A program made the translations under genes and the position numbers. Below the pieces are notes generated by a model. That model was not told the origin of the DNA, made no database searches, and was given only the letters and a program-made list of their open reading frames with translations. From assembly GCA_001244265.2 (NCBI GenBank), contig CDLV01000015.1, forward strand, positions 310,001-374,000: a DNA stretch of 64,000 nt. Direction: 5' to 3'. Positions 11,174-22,584 of this stretch are shown here, piece by piece; the stretch's first letter is position 1, and every line of letters begins with the position of its first letter. Source of the DNA: Microbotryum violaceum. Lineage: Eukaryota.

Positions 11174-13659
11174 TCACCTCTTGTTCTTCTTGGAACTTGT
11201 TTTCCCTGTTGGGGCTGGACCTTCGGCGAGAGCGTGGCCTGTGACTTTGATATGGTCGAAGAGCTTCGTCCGAGATGGGAAGGCCACGGAACAGACGTGG
11301 CACTTCTGCTCTCAATGGGAAAAGGTAATCCACATCAGCCATCTTTCCGACATTGAAAAAATCTGATACCCCGAGTCAGTCACCTCCTCAGTCCCCGTCC
11401 CAGCCTTCTTCGCCGCCTCCTTCAACCTTCTCTTATCCTTCTTACTCATCTCCGCTTCTTCCGCCATGGCCAATTCCAGATCCTCCTTCGCGCCTCTTGA
11501 CTCAGTCGGGGTACTCATCCCCCCTCCCTCGGCAGGTGTACTGGAGCCCGATCCTTTAGCCTCTTTCCCCTTCCCCCTTCCCCTTCGCCCTTCTTGGGTT
11601 TTTCCACCGCTAGGTAGTAATACCTCTTTGACTTGTTTCCCAAGTGCTTCATACTCCTCGAGATCCGATACCGCGTCCATCTGAAACGGTGTCGATATCC
11701 CAGACTGTCCCTTCTTCTTCCCCTTCTTGCTCTTCTTCGCGATCCCTAAAGTATCCAAATCCGGCTCGTCCAAGATAATCTCATCCATTGAGGTGGCTGT
11801 CGCAACTTTCCGTCGTTTTTTCTTCTTTGTCTTCGTAGGTAGGGGAACTTCACCATCTGCTTCCGGATCGTTTGTGCTCGCGAGATTGAAGGCGGCGACA
11901 TCTTCGGCGAGAGAGGATGTCGGCGATGGGGAACGCGAGGTCGATGCGATGGGAGGGGAGTCCCCGTCTTCGCCTTCGTCGTCATCGAGGTCTTCTTCCT
12001 CTCCGACATTCTCTTGTCCAGCTTCTTCTGCCCGCCCTAGTCCCAAGGCTTCATCCTCTTCTTGCATCTCCTTGATAAGTCTGCATCAAGACTCGCCGAA
12101 GAAACTCTGTCAGCGTCTATCGAACGCATACTCCTATCACCAAAATCCCCAAACATACCTCTCCAAATTCTTCTGATGCTTCCTACTCCTCTCATGATTC
12201 TCCCAAGCCCCACCACTCATGAAACCTTTCCCACAAGCCACACACCACTGTTCATCCTCATTCTCCCCCTCCTCACTCCCCTCGTCTCCTTCACTCCTCT
12301 CCTCCCATTGTTTAAACACCTCGTCATTCCCCTTCTGCCAATCTTGAGCTTGGTACTGCGCTGCGAGCTGTCCATTCTCCAAAGCACGTTCCTTCGCTGC
12401 GAGGAGGAGGTCGGCCCGTATTTTGGCGAGTTCGGCGGCGCGTTGTGCTTCGGGGGATAGGGTCGATTGACCGGCTTGCCACCGTGGGTCGCGACGACGG
12501 ACGTAGAGAACCAAGTTCTGCGAAGGTGCGATTGCGACGAACTCAACTTCTTCTCACGTCCACAGGCTAAATAAAAGGTGCGATCCCCGGACTCACCCTT
12601 ACGGTCTCATTGTACTCCCTCCTGCCTCCCTGTCGTAGCCTCTTGTTCTCTTGCTCGATCGCCCTCTTCATCCTCCTCTCCATTCCATCCTCGAGTTTAT
12701 ATTGATCCAACCACCCAAACTCCTTCTCCGTAGCGAAATCCAACCATCCCGTATAGAACTTTTTGACCACACTCTCATAATCCGATTCCTTTGTGCCGAA
12801 GGTCGGATAGGTATATGTAGATCGTAAAGCGTTTTCCTCCGAAGCGATGAGAGCGAATAACGTTCGAAAGGTGGTGTAGAATCCGGTCGCGGATTCGTCA
12901 AAACCGGACCAGGAAGAGGTGGTGAAGAATTTCATGAGTTGGGGGATCGTGACGCCACGGGTGGAGGCGGACCGGGGTTTAGGAACGCTGGTGCCACCTC
13001 GCCGGAGCGAATCGAAATAGAAGGCTTCGGCTGCTAGGTCTGAAAATGAGGTAGGGGAGAGCGCAGGGTCAGTAAAGCAACTTTCAACTCCTTCATCATG
13101 TCCATTCTCTCTTGACCGCTCGAATTTGAAAAGCGCACCTTGCGGTCCCTCCTTCGCCTGTCCATCATTCAAAATTTGCTCGCGATGATCATCGTACCAA
13201 GCCCTCTCTTGTTCATCCGAAAGCACCTCATAAGCAGCTTGAATGATGGCGAATCGTTTCGTGGACCCTTGTATATCGTGGGGGTTCTTGTCGGGGTGTT
13301 CACGGAGGGCGGCTTTGCGGAAACTGAAAGGAGAGGAAGGGGTTAGTGGGGGGTCGAGGCGATCCGATGTCGAGTCAGGGTGAGTTGGGAAGGGACAGCT
13401 TACGCTTTCTTGATCTCGTCCGAGGTCGATTCGGTCGAGATACCTAGGACTGTGGTCGTCGACAATTGATAAAAGAGAAATAGTTTCATGTCAGAAGCCC
13501 GTCAAGGCACACCCGTAAGAAATGGGGGGACCGGACCCGATCCACGTGACCGCGAAGGAGGGATGACTGACCCTCGTAATGATCGAGCGGAGCTCCGGGT
13601 TTCCGCTGGCCTGAGCCTGCCGATCCTAAGCCACTCTCCGTCGATGCGTTGGCCCCCAT
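11174..13659 (-). CDS. JJJ1: JJJ1/DNAJC21-like J-domain protein with C2H2 zinc fingers
   Basis: [54 protein letters not shown]...HERSRKH, terminal [23 protein letters not shown]. Confidence 0.88.
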
Positions 13660-13895
13660 CTTTTTCCTTTCCCTATTCCTTGCTTTCTGCGGCCGAACGA
13701 GCTGAGCGCTGGTGATTGAGACTGATGGCTGGTGATGGCTAGTGATGGGTCAGCTGCGAAGAAGCGCGAAGAGGCGGCGCGCGGATCCAAGTCCAAGCTC
13801 ATCCTCCTCCGCTCCTCGAACCAATCCCCCGCCTTTCCCTCCTCCCATCCCTCCTCATCAAACGCCCTCCACCACGCCCTCCTCACCTCGTGACC

Positions 13896-15466
13896 ATGTC
13901 GAACCCGCGTTGCTTCTTCGACATCTCGCTCGAGGGCGAATTGCTCGGCCGAGTCATCTTTGAGCTCTTTGCCGATGCCGTGCCCAAGGCCGCTGAGAAG
14001 TACGTTCCTTCTGGACGTGCTCACCTGTACTGCCATCGAGGAAGATGGGAGCTGATGATTAATCTCGTCTCTCTTGATCGCTGCCTGTGTTGCGTATGCT
14101 TGCGATGGTGCCGTCAATCAACCCGTCCAGCTTCCGAGCCTTGTGTACCGGTTCAGCAGGCGTGAACGAAATGGGTATCCCCTTGTACTACAAAGGCACT
14201 CCCTTTCATCGGATAATAGCAGGGTAAGACTACGACTGTATTGCACTGTGCCTCAGGCTCAGATACGCTGGCGATGCTCACTGATTCCCGACCTCGTCAC
14301 TTCTCCAGCTTCATGGTACAAGGTGGTGATTTCACATTGAGGAATGGAAAGGGTGGTCAATCCATCTATGGAGCTACGTTCGAGGATGAGGATCTGAGGA
14401 GGGAGATTGATTCCGAAGGGTAAGTCAACCTCGGTCCCCATGAGGCTCGAGTACCGAGCTAAAAGCTGAATGCGTGAGGGTGCACAGTTTGTTGGTCATG
14501 GCCAATCGAGGCAAAAACACCAACGGGTCGCAATTCTTTGTCTCGCTTAGGCCGTGTCCCCATCTCTTGGGCAAACACGTCGTCTTTGGTCGAGTCGTAA
14601 AAGGTAGGTCTGACTTTGGAACATAGACCGAAGTGGGTCGTGGCTGATTCGCTCTCGACCGCTACTCAAACTAGGCTACGAAGTGATTGAAGCTATTTCA
14701 AAGCTTCCTGTCAACGAGAAGGATCACCCCTTGCAGCTGGTGACGATCTCGCATTGTGGTCAACTCGAACGAAAAGGTAAGGCTCATCAAAAATTCCCCA
14801 TCTCGGCACGCGACCGCCTTTTATCACTAGCTAACCCTGATTCCCTCCGTAGCTCCGGTCAAGAAAGCGCGAACACCAACATCTTCCCCTTCCCCCATTT
14901 CCGATCGTTCAAAATCACACTCACGTTCCCGCTCCGCCTCTCGCCCGCGTTCAGCTTCCCCCGAACCCAAGAAGAGAAACCGGTCCCAATCTCGCTCCCG
15001 TTCGCGTTCGCGCTCGCGTTCCCACTCGCGCACCCCTTCTCAATCCCGCTCTCCCTCTCCCAAACGAAAACCCTCCAAACGTTCCTCCCGACATCATCGT
15101 TCTTCCAAGGCTGATCGTAATTCTCACAAACGTCGAGCGCGATCACCTTCCTCTTCTCCCGAATTAAGTTCCGAACAAATCGAGGCTTTGAAGGCGCAGG
15201 CTTTGAAAGAGGAAGAAGATGAAAGGATGAAGAAGGAAGCTAGGTTGACGGAATTGAAGGAGTTGAAGATGAGGGTTGAAAGAGAGGGTCAGAGGGGACA
15301 GACGAGGAGAGGGGATGGGAGAGGGATGGGGCATTGGAGGGATGAACCTGTGGGGAATGGGGAGGGCAGTCGTAATGGGGGAGTACTTTATAAAGGAAGG
15401 GGTAAGATGTCGGCGCCTAGTGAGGGTTCGAGGAGGAGTACAGGCATGTTGGGCTGGGATGATTAG
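13896..15466 (+). CDS. Cyclophilin PPIase with Arg/Ser-rich C-terminal region (PPIG-like)
   Basis: [14 protein letters not shown]...[46 protein letters not shown], then RS repeats. Confidence 0.9.
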
Positions 15467-16430
15467 TCAAAGGTTTGGTTCTTACGAGTTTAGGTCTGCG
15501 TGTGTTGTGTTAATTTCTAAAAGTCGTTTCGGAAGCAGGAGGGTCCCCGGTCAGTGAAGTGTGCTATGTGCGCGTGGGCTCTGTAAAGGCGCGAATTGAG
15601 GGTCAAGTATGAGGGCACTAAGCCGTGACAAGGTCTGGCAAGTATGCAATGCGAGTTTTGAGTGCGTCTCCGGTACGACCGTATGCTCAAACCCACCCGT
15701 CAGGGGCTGGGCATCGGGGAGGCGCGTGAGGCGCGCCCTTGCCCAAGCATGCCGAATACGGGCCGAATCCGAATTCGGGTTTGTATTTGGGCGGGCAGCG
15801 GGCAGAGCCAGCCGGACGTTCAACTTGAGTCCTTGATCTGGTACCCCCAACTCCCAACTATTCGACCGTTCAACACATCCCAACGCATACAACACACGAC
15901 AACAACTCACCCAACTCTCGCTTTTTGCTACGTACCCTGTTTGTAACGAGGTCAGTCCCAGAAAGCGTACCTGCTTCTCGCCGCGGCTCCACGTCATTCG
16001 TCAGGCGTCTCGGGATCGAGGCTGCGCCCGGCCAACCGGACTCGTGTCGCAACGGCGTTCGCAAGCCATCGGGATCGCCGGGCCCAGACGGGATCGAGCT
16101 GGAGTTGGTCGTCCCAAGTTCAGACCCACTACGGACACTACTCGGCATATGTGACTGTCTGCAGTACTACTTTGGACGGTAGCAAGGACTACGCCCAGTA
16201 GTGGACGAATACGGCGCTGAACAGACGCGGACTTGTCAGGTCGGGGGAGGCTGACGCCGGACCTCGGCTCGTCAAGGACTCGGCTAGAAGCGACTCCGGG
16301 CTCATGACAAGCCATGAACTACCCTGCGATGATATGGAGCACTGACCTCTAGCTGTGACGCACCGCAGTTTTTCATCAAACACAACCCCACCGCACCTTG
16401 AGCTCAATTCCACCCGGCACCGCAGCCACT

Positions 16431-18303
16431 ATGCTCCGACTTTCGACCAGAATTGTTCCCGTCTCCCGTCCCTCATCGACCATCGCCATGATGACGGCGA
16501 CTCATCGGTTACTACCGATGTTTACGCTAGCACCTCTGCAACATACACTGGTCCAGACAGCGTTGCTGCATTCGTCGGCTCAATCACGCCTTGACACGGA
16601 GCGCTCAACGACCTCCACTTCATCCTCGTCGTCCTACCCACCACCCACCTCGTCCTCCCGGAGATGGAACGCCTCCTCCACCACGACCGAACCCCCGATA
16701 CCGACCCCTCCTAAGCCTCCCATCCCACCCCCCGTCGATGCGCGTCTCACCAAACGTCGCATCACCTCCGTCACCGACTTGCCCAAATCGTTCGGGCGCA
16801 ACCAGATCATCGCCGTCTCGGACGAGGTCAAGATGGAATTGGAGGAAATTCTAGCCGATTTCAAGGCACCCGTACGCTTTGCATTCGCCTATGGTTCGGG
16901 CGTGTTTAGGCAAAAGGGTTATGCGGCGAGTGTGGGTCAACTTTTCGCTTGCGAGACTTGAAGACAAGACGAATGTGGAGGGAAAGGAAAACGCTGACTG
17001 TTTCTAACGAGCCTTGGCCCACAGGAGCAACCCATGTTGGACTTTGTCTTTGCCGTCTCGCACCCCTCGCATTGGCACGCGATCAACATGGCCCAAAACC
17101 CACACCATTATTCGCTGCCGATGCGCCTCTTGGGCTCGGACGCTGTCGCGTGGATGCAGGAAAAAGGGTTGGGCGCGAACGTGTGGTTCAATGTCGATGT
17201 GCAGATCAAGGGAAAGGTGAGACCCCATAAAGTGCTTTGATGGTGTGTTCGGAAACTGAACGCTCATCGAGATTCGTGGCTCGGCTTTTGCAGACACTCA
17301 AGTACGGCGTCATCTCGATCGATGCGCTGTGTCGGGACATGCTCGATTGGGAAACACTCTACGTTAGTGGGAGGACGCAGAAACCTGTAAGTAAAAGAAA
17401 ATAAAGCTGTCGTGGGAAGCTAGTAGAGAGGCGATCTGACGCGGCCTCGATTCCGCATTTTCAGGTCCGCATCCTCAAGGACGACGCTCGGGTCCGTCTC
17501 GCGAACCAAGTCAACCTCGCTTCGGCCCTGCGTACAGCCCTCCTGCGCCTCCCCGAAGATTTCACCGAAGTAGAACTGTTCGAAGAGATCGCCGGTCTTT
17601 CTTACCGCGGCGACTTCCGTATGAAAGTCGGTGAGAACCCTCTCAAAGTACGCAACATCGTTGCTGCGCAACTCGACGCCTTCCGATCGTTGTATGGAGG
17701 CTTGTTGAAGAGTTTCTGGAAATCGGTTCATGTGATTGGGGAGAGACCGGGCGAGTTGGGAGAGGTGAGGTTGATGAGGCAGGACCGGGGTGCGGAACAG
17801 AGGGCCACGACGGCGAGCAAGTTGCCTATCGGGTTGAAAGGGAAAGTCTTGGCACATTATGAGAGGAAGTGGAATCTCAAGAAGGCTTTGGGTGAGGAGG
17901 AGTTGAGGGTGCAGAAGGAAGGGAGCGAGACGGCCTTGTGGGAACGCATCGTGCAGGACGACGAGTTTGACGTCATGCTTGATAAGAGTGAGTTCCAGAT
18001 AATCTCTTTTCGCGATCGTGTTGATGCTAATAGTTGTACAATTTCGGCTCTTCTCGAAGGTCTAGCCCAAATCGTAGGCCGACCGACGTTCAACCAATCG
18101 TTGAAAGGCATCCTTTCCGCCGGACCGGTCAAGTCATTGCGATACGTGAGTATTCACCATCCGTACGTACGCGCTTGAGGTCTAGAGAACTGACCGTGAC
18201 CTTTTTTAATCACAAATAGATTGGCCCTAAGTTGAAGAAGAAGTGGAGCAAATCCACGTCGTCGAGTTTGCCCGCCCCCGTCGACCAAGCAACCAAGCCA
18301 TGA
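16431..18303 (+). CDS. TAM41: Mitochondrial phosphatidate cytidylyltransferase Tam41/Mmp37
   Basis: Presequence-like N-terminus; RFAFAYGSGVFRQ, LDFVFAV, KYGVIS, DWETLYVSGRTQKP, SYRGDFRMKVGENPLKV. Confidence 0.92.
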
Positions 18304-18809
18304 TAATCGGCCTACCTCCAAATATTTTCCTCGCACCATTTTGCGAAAGCGCGCTTTCTCGACAACGGTGTTCTTGAGGCCGCCATCCGACACCACGTTT
18401 GACACTGTCTCTTTTCGTCCTTTCTTCTTTCGAGCCCCACCCTCGTTTTGTTTCAGATTGTAGTTTCCGTAGTTTTACCTTCGCATTCTACAGATCGATT
18501 ACTACTTGTGTAACATAGTCTACTTCGCAACATGTCACACCTCTGAGCTGGGCTGTTGTGACGCACGACACGCCCACAGCACTTGCCCTGAGAACTCGGC
18601 CGCATCAAACGTTACGGAAAGCGAGTGTGTGTACCGCCATGTACTTTCACAGGGTAAGTTTCGGCGCAGAGTTTGTTTCATCACAAGCCATATGTAATTG
18701 ACGAAAAGTTCAAATTCTTTCCGCGCCTTTCGTGCAAAGTTCGGCACTCGATCCAATTCGTTCGAGTGAAGCTGGAGAAGATGTTTCTGGTACGTCGTGG
18801 TATGATCAT

Positions 18810-19359
18810 TCAGTGCTTTGCAGCCTCCTTGTTTCCTTCTTTCGAGGCGGCGTGCTTCTCCTCATCAGTCTTGTTGCCGACAGCCGAGACGGCGCTGAAG
18901 AGGAGGAAGGGGAGAAATAGGAGCTCGATGGTCAGTCGTCGACGCGGTTGGGTAGGAGTGTGGGTCAGGACGGGTGACTTACGCCGAGGCACGGTCTCCA
19001 ATTCCGGCACCGGTGTTGCCCTTGGCGACCTCTATAGAAGGGGAAGGTGAATCACGTGGCGGGGTCAGTACTCCGTCCTTAGATCGACAGTGAAGGGTGG
19101 CGTCGGAGGCGTCGTCGGGTTATTGATGTTTGAACGGCATCGAGACACTGACCCTTGTCCTTCTCCTTCTGGGCAGCACTGTATGTATGAAGGGAAGAAA
19201 TGTAAGTGCGTAGTCCGCAAGACAGTGTTGAAGGACTCAATGCCCAAAACGGGTGTGGGGCGAGGAACAAGGGGGAGAAGAGGCTTACGCGGAGTTCTCG
19301 CCGAACGAATCCTTGACGGACGAGGCGGCGTTGGAGATCTTATCACCGATGGAAGACAT
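18810..19359 (-). CDS. grg1: Glucose-repressible protein Grg1/ccg-1 family (~75 aa, 4 exons)
   Basis: MSSIGDKISNAASSVKDSFGENS / AAQKEKDK / EVAKGNTGAGIGDRASA / AVSAVGNKTDEEKHAASKEGNKEAAKH*; resembles Grg1 family by recall. Confidence 0.8.
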
Positions 19360-19490
19360 GTTTATTGATCGAGTATTGGGTACGGTTGGTTCTTAGTAGA
19401 TTATGAAGTGGTGTGGTGGATAGAAGAGAAAGAGGGGGAGCGTTGATCCCATTCCAAGTCAAGGCCGACGTGAGGGGGTCATCGGGGTCA

Positions 19491-19498
19491 TGACGTCA
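19491..19498. promoter_or_regulatory. Palindromic CRE/ATF site TGACGTCA ~130 bp upstream of grg1, with nearby AGGGG (STRE-like) motifs
   Basis: Exact motif match; function inferred. Confidence 0.4.
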
Positions 19499-20413
19499 AA
19501 CCCGTCGGGAATAAACACTTTTCGATTTCGAGGTGCAACTGAGCGCGACGCGCGATGCGCCCAACGTCTACGACAGCCCGGAAAAAGCGGAAGCCTTGGC
19601 TGGCGAAACGGCACCAATCACGATCGCCCAACCACTTTTATTAACGCGGATCACTCAAAGGGAAGGCATGACGCAATTATTTGCGAGCCTCGTGACGGCC
19701 ATGTCACACCCGCGCCACTGGGCGGACGCCGGGCGGACGCCGGGCACCTCGCTCGGACGACTTCGGCGCAGTTGCACATGCCTGCAGGCATGTGGGGCTC
19801 GAAGTGCTCGCAATGCCACGAGTCCCGTTTTTTCTGCCGTGATGGTAGATCTTCTCAGGTGGCTTCAGAATAAGAAGGTATTGCAGGGAGATTCCCTTAT
19901 AACTACCCGAATCTCCACGATGAAGTGGATCGATGAGCCAACGCAACGAAACGGATGGCGAAATGAGTCTAGGTTCTTGCGCTCACGGCCCAATGTGGCG
20001 CAAGCCGACGTCACAAGCGTAGTCCCTTGAGGGCTTTGCAACTTGTTTGACCACGCATGCCACCTCGACGCACTCACCATTGCGCGAGCAGCACTCTTAC
20101 CAGCAACAGCTTTTAGCTCGTCATGCGTGCCCCTTGCGACTTGCCTTTGAAGGCCCTTGATCATCCGCCATCCCTGGCAACCTTTCTTGCCGACCGAGCA
20201 GCCGGTCATCGGCAAAACCTGTTACGTCTACAGAGGCGATTATGCGCATGAACTACAGGGGTTGCATTCCAAATGGTTGTTTAACGCAAAATACTCAGAG
20301 CCAGAACCGAACTACGAGAAAAAAATTGTACAGAACTAAGGTGCTGGGAAGCGTGAACAGATCTAGAGGCACGAGCCGGCGAAGCATACCGTTCAAACGG
20401 AGGTATATTAAAC

Positions 20414-22584
20414 TCAGTCAAACGAGCCCTCCTTCATGAAATCGGCGACTACTTCGCCTGAACGAACAGCAAGAACACTGTGGCAGTCATAAAAGCTTCT
20501 GTCAGTACCGGCAGCATACGGCGACACCATAGCTAGGGAACGGCTGACTTACCTCAGGAGAGAATCACTGATTCCATGAGTCGACTCGCAACTGCCCTGT
20601 AGCCAAACCCGGGGCTTAAAATCGCCACCATCCACGGTCTTGGTGGGCAACCGTAGCCGGTAACTCTCGGTTACGCCGTAATCGTTGGAGGAGGTTTTGT
20701 CCGCCTTTTGATACGACCCTCGCGACGGGGCAGGGGATGACGCTGCGCTCGACGAGACGGCCGAGTTGGAGAAGAGAGGACTCTCATTGGCTGATGTCGT
20801 TTCGCGAGAATGACTCTGGGAGCGATCGGACAAGTCGGAGGCGTGAAGAGCTTCCGGTAGGGAGGGCCAGTCAAGCGAGGAGGGCGTCTGTACTAGTTCA
20901 AATAAAGTAGCAAGGGGCACAGTCTCGGAAGGGGTGGCCGTCAAGTCTTCCGCCGACTTCGAGAACAGCAGCCCCTTCCATGCCTGTCGATCGTATCCAG
21001 TACCGCAAACGACGGCGTCGAACTCTTCCGAATGCACCGTCGACGCGACCAGGTTCCTTAGGACAAGCGTCAAGGAGGAAGGCGACGCACCCGAAGTCGT
21101 GGCGCCAACAAGCTCGGTATACGGGTGAATAATCAGCTTAGGAGACCGTTTGAGCGAGTCGAGTGTCCCGTCACGCTTGGCGATGTCCTCCTCGACCTGT
21201 TGGGCGTACATCGCCTCGTAAATGGACAATAGTGTCTTGGGGTTGACCACAGAATAGTTCGTCGCCTTGGCGTCGCTCATAACGATCTGCCGTCCCCTTG
21301 GCTCGAGCCCGTAAACGGCTTGCGACATGGCAGGATCAAAAACTTCGTTCGAGAAAGGAGAATCATCCGCGGGGCGTAATGTCGCCTTGCGAATGAAGAG
21401 GGTAATCTCAGGTCGGTGGGCAATGTCGTGGGGAAGGCGAGCGGCCAGCTCGCGGCTGACGGCGAGGAAGGTCTCGGCGGCCGATTGGCCCGACCCGAAC
21501 GAGGCGAGCTTGAGAGGTCGCGAGGCCGGCAGCGACGACAGGCACGAGTCGATCATGCCCTGGACGCGATCCAAAAAAACGGACGAGTGAATCACACGAC
21601 CTGTTGCTCGAATTCCGGGTGCATTGAGCGCCTTCGGTAGTCGCGCATAACCACCGGTCGAGAGGACGAGATTTCGCACCAGTCGCTGCTTCAACTCTCC
21701 CGTGGCCACACTTCGCGAGGTGACTTTAACCAGCTTGACGTCGGCACCGGTTTCCACAACGCCCTCGACACCAACGACTTCCTCGCCGTAACCAAATTCG
21801 CCGTTCTGACTCTCGAGCTCGGCTTCGACCTTCCGTGCGGCCCATGCAAGGTAATCGGTGTACTCTCTCCGGCTCGGTGTGAAGGTTTCGCGAGAGATGA
21901 AGGAGACGAGACGAGAGGGTGTGAAGGAAGCGAGGTACGAGAGGAACGTATAGGCCGACTGGGGGTTGCGCAAGGTCGCTAGATCCTTGAGAAAAGCTGT
22001 GAGACAACGGCAATCTCCGATTCAGCCTCCTCGGCGCCATTTCCGCTTCCGAGAAGCCAACACGTCCTCAGCTCAAAAGCGCTCGCTCGTTCGGCAACGG
22101 TCACTAAATGATGGGCGCGACCACCTACCAGCACCCATGCCGAGTTCGATTGACTTACATATTTGCATTGTGCTGCCATCGAGCATCATGCCAGGGTGCC
22201 ATCGGAACGTGTCGTGCTTCTCGATGAAGCAAACCTTTATCGGACCGGACGTGGACTGTGCGAGCGATATTTGCGGCGGGAGTGATGCATAATCAGAATA
22301 ATATGGGTTCGATATAAGTGTGGTCTCCGGGATCGTACCTTGATACCAGGTCGATCTGCTGGATCGGCACTCGCAGCGTTCGGCTCCGACCCTCGATTGC
22401 GAAGCTCCGAGCCATCGCGAAGCGCCTCTTGTAGGCCTCCTAGCGACGAGTAGACGTTGGGCGTCACCGATTGTGCTTGTTGGTTCTGTTCAACCAATGC
22501 TACAGCCAAGGCCAAGCTGGCGGGGCCGAAGCCGACGCAGAGAAGATCAAAGATCGGAAGCGAGCTGGGCATCGCAGATGACAT
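20414..22584 (-). CDS. sid1: L-ornithine N5-monooxygenase (hydroxamate siderophore step 1)
   Basis: DLLCVGFGPASLALA, WHPGMML..MQISFLKDLATLRNP, GSGQSAAE, DDSPFSNEVFDP, TNYSVV, DAVVCGTGY, LQGSCESTHGISDSLLSVLAVRSGE. Confidence 0.95.
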
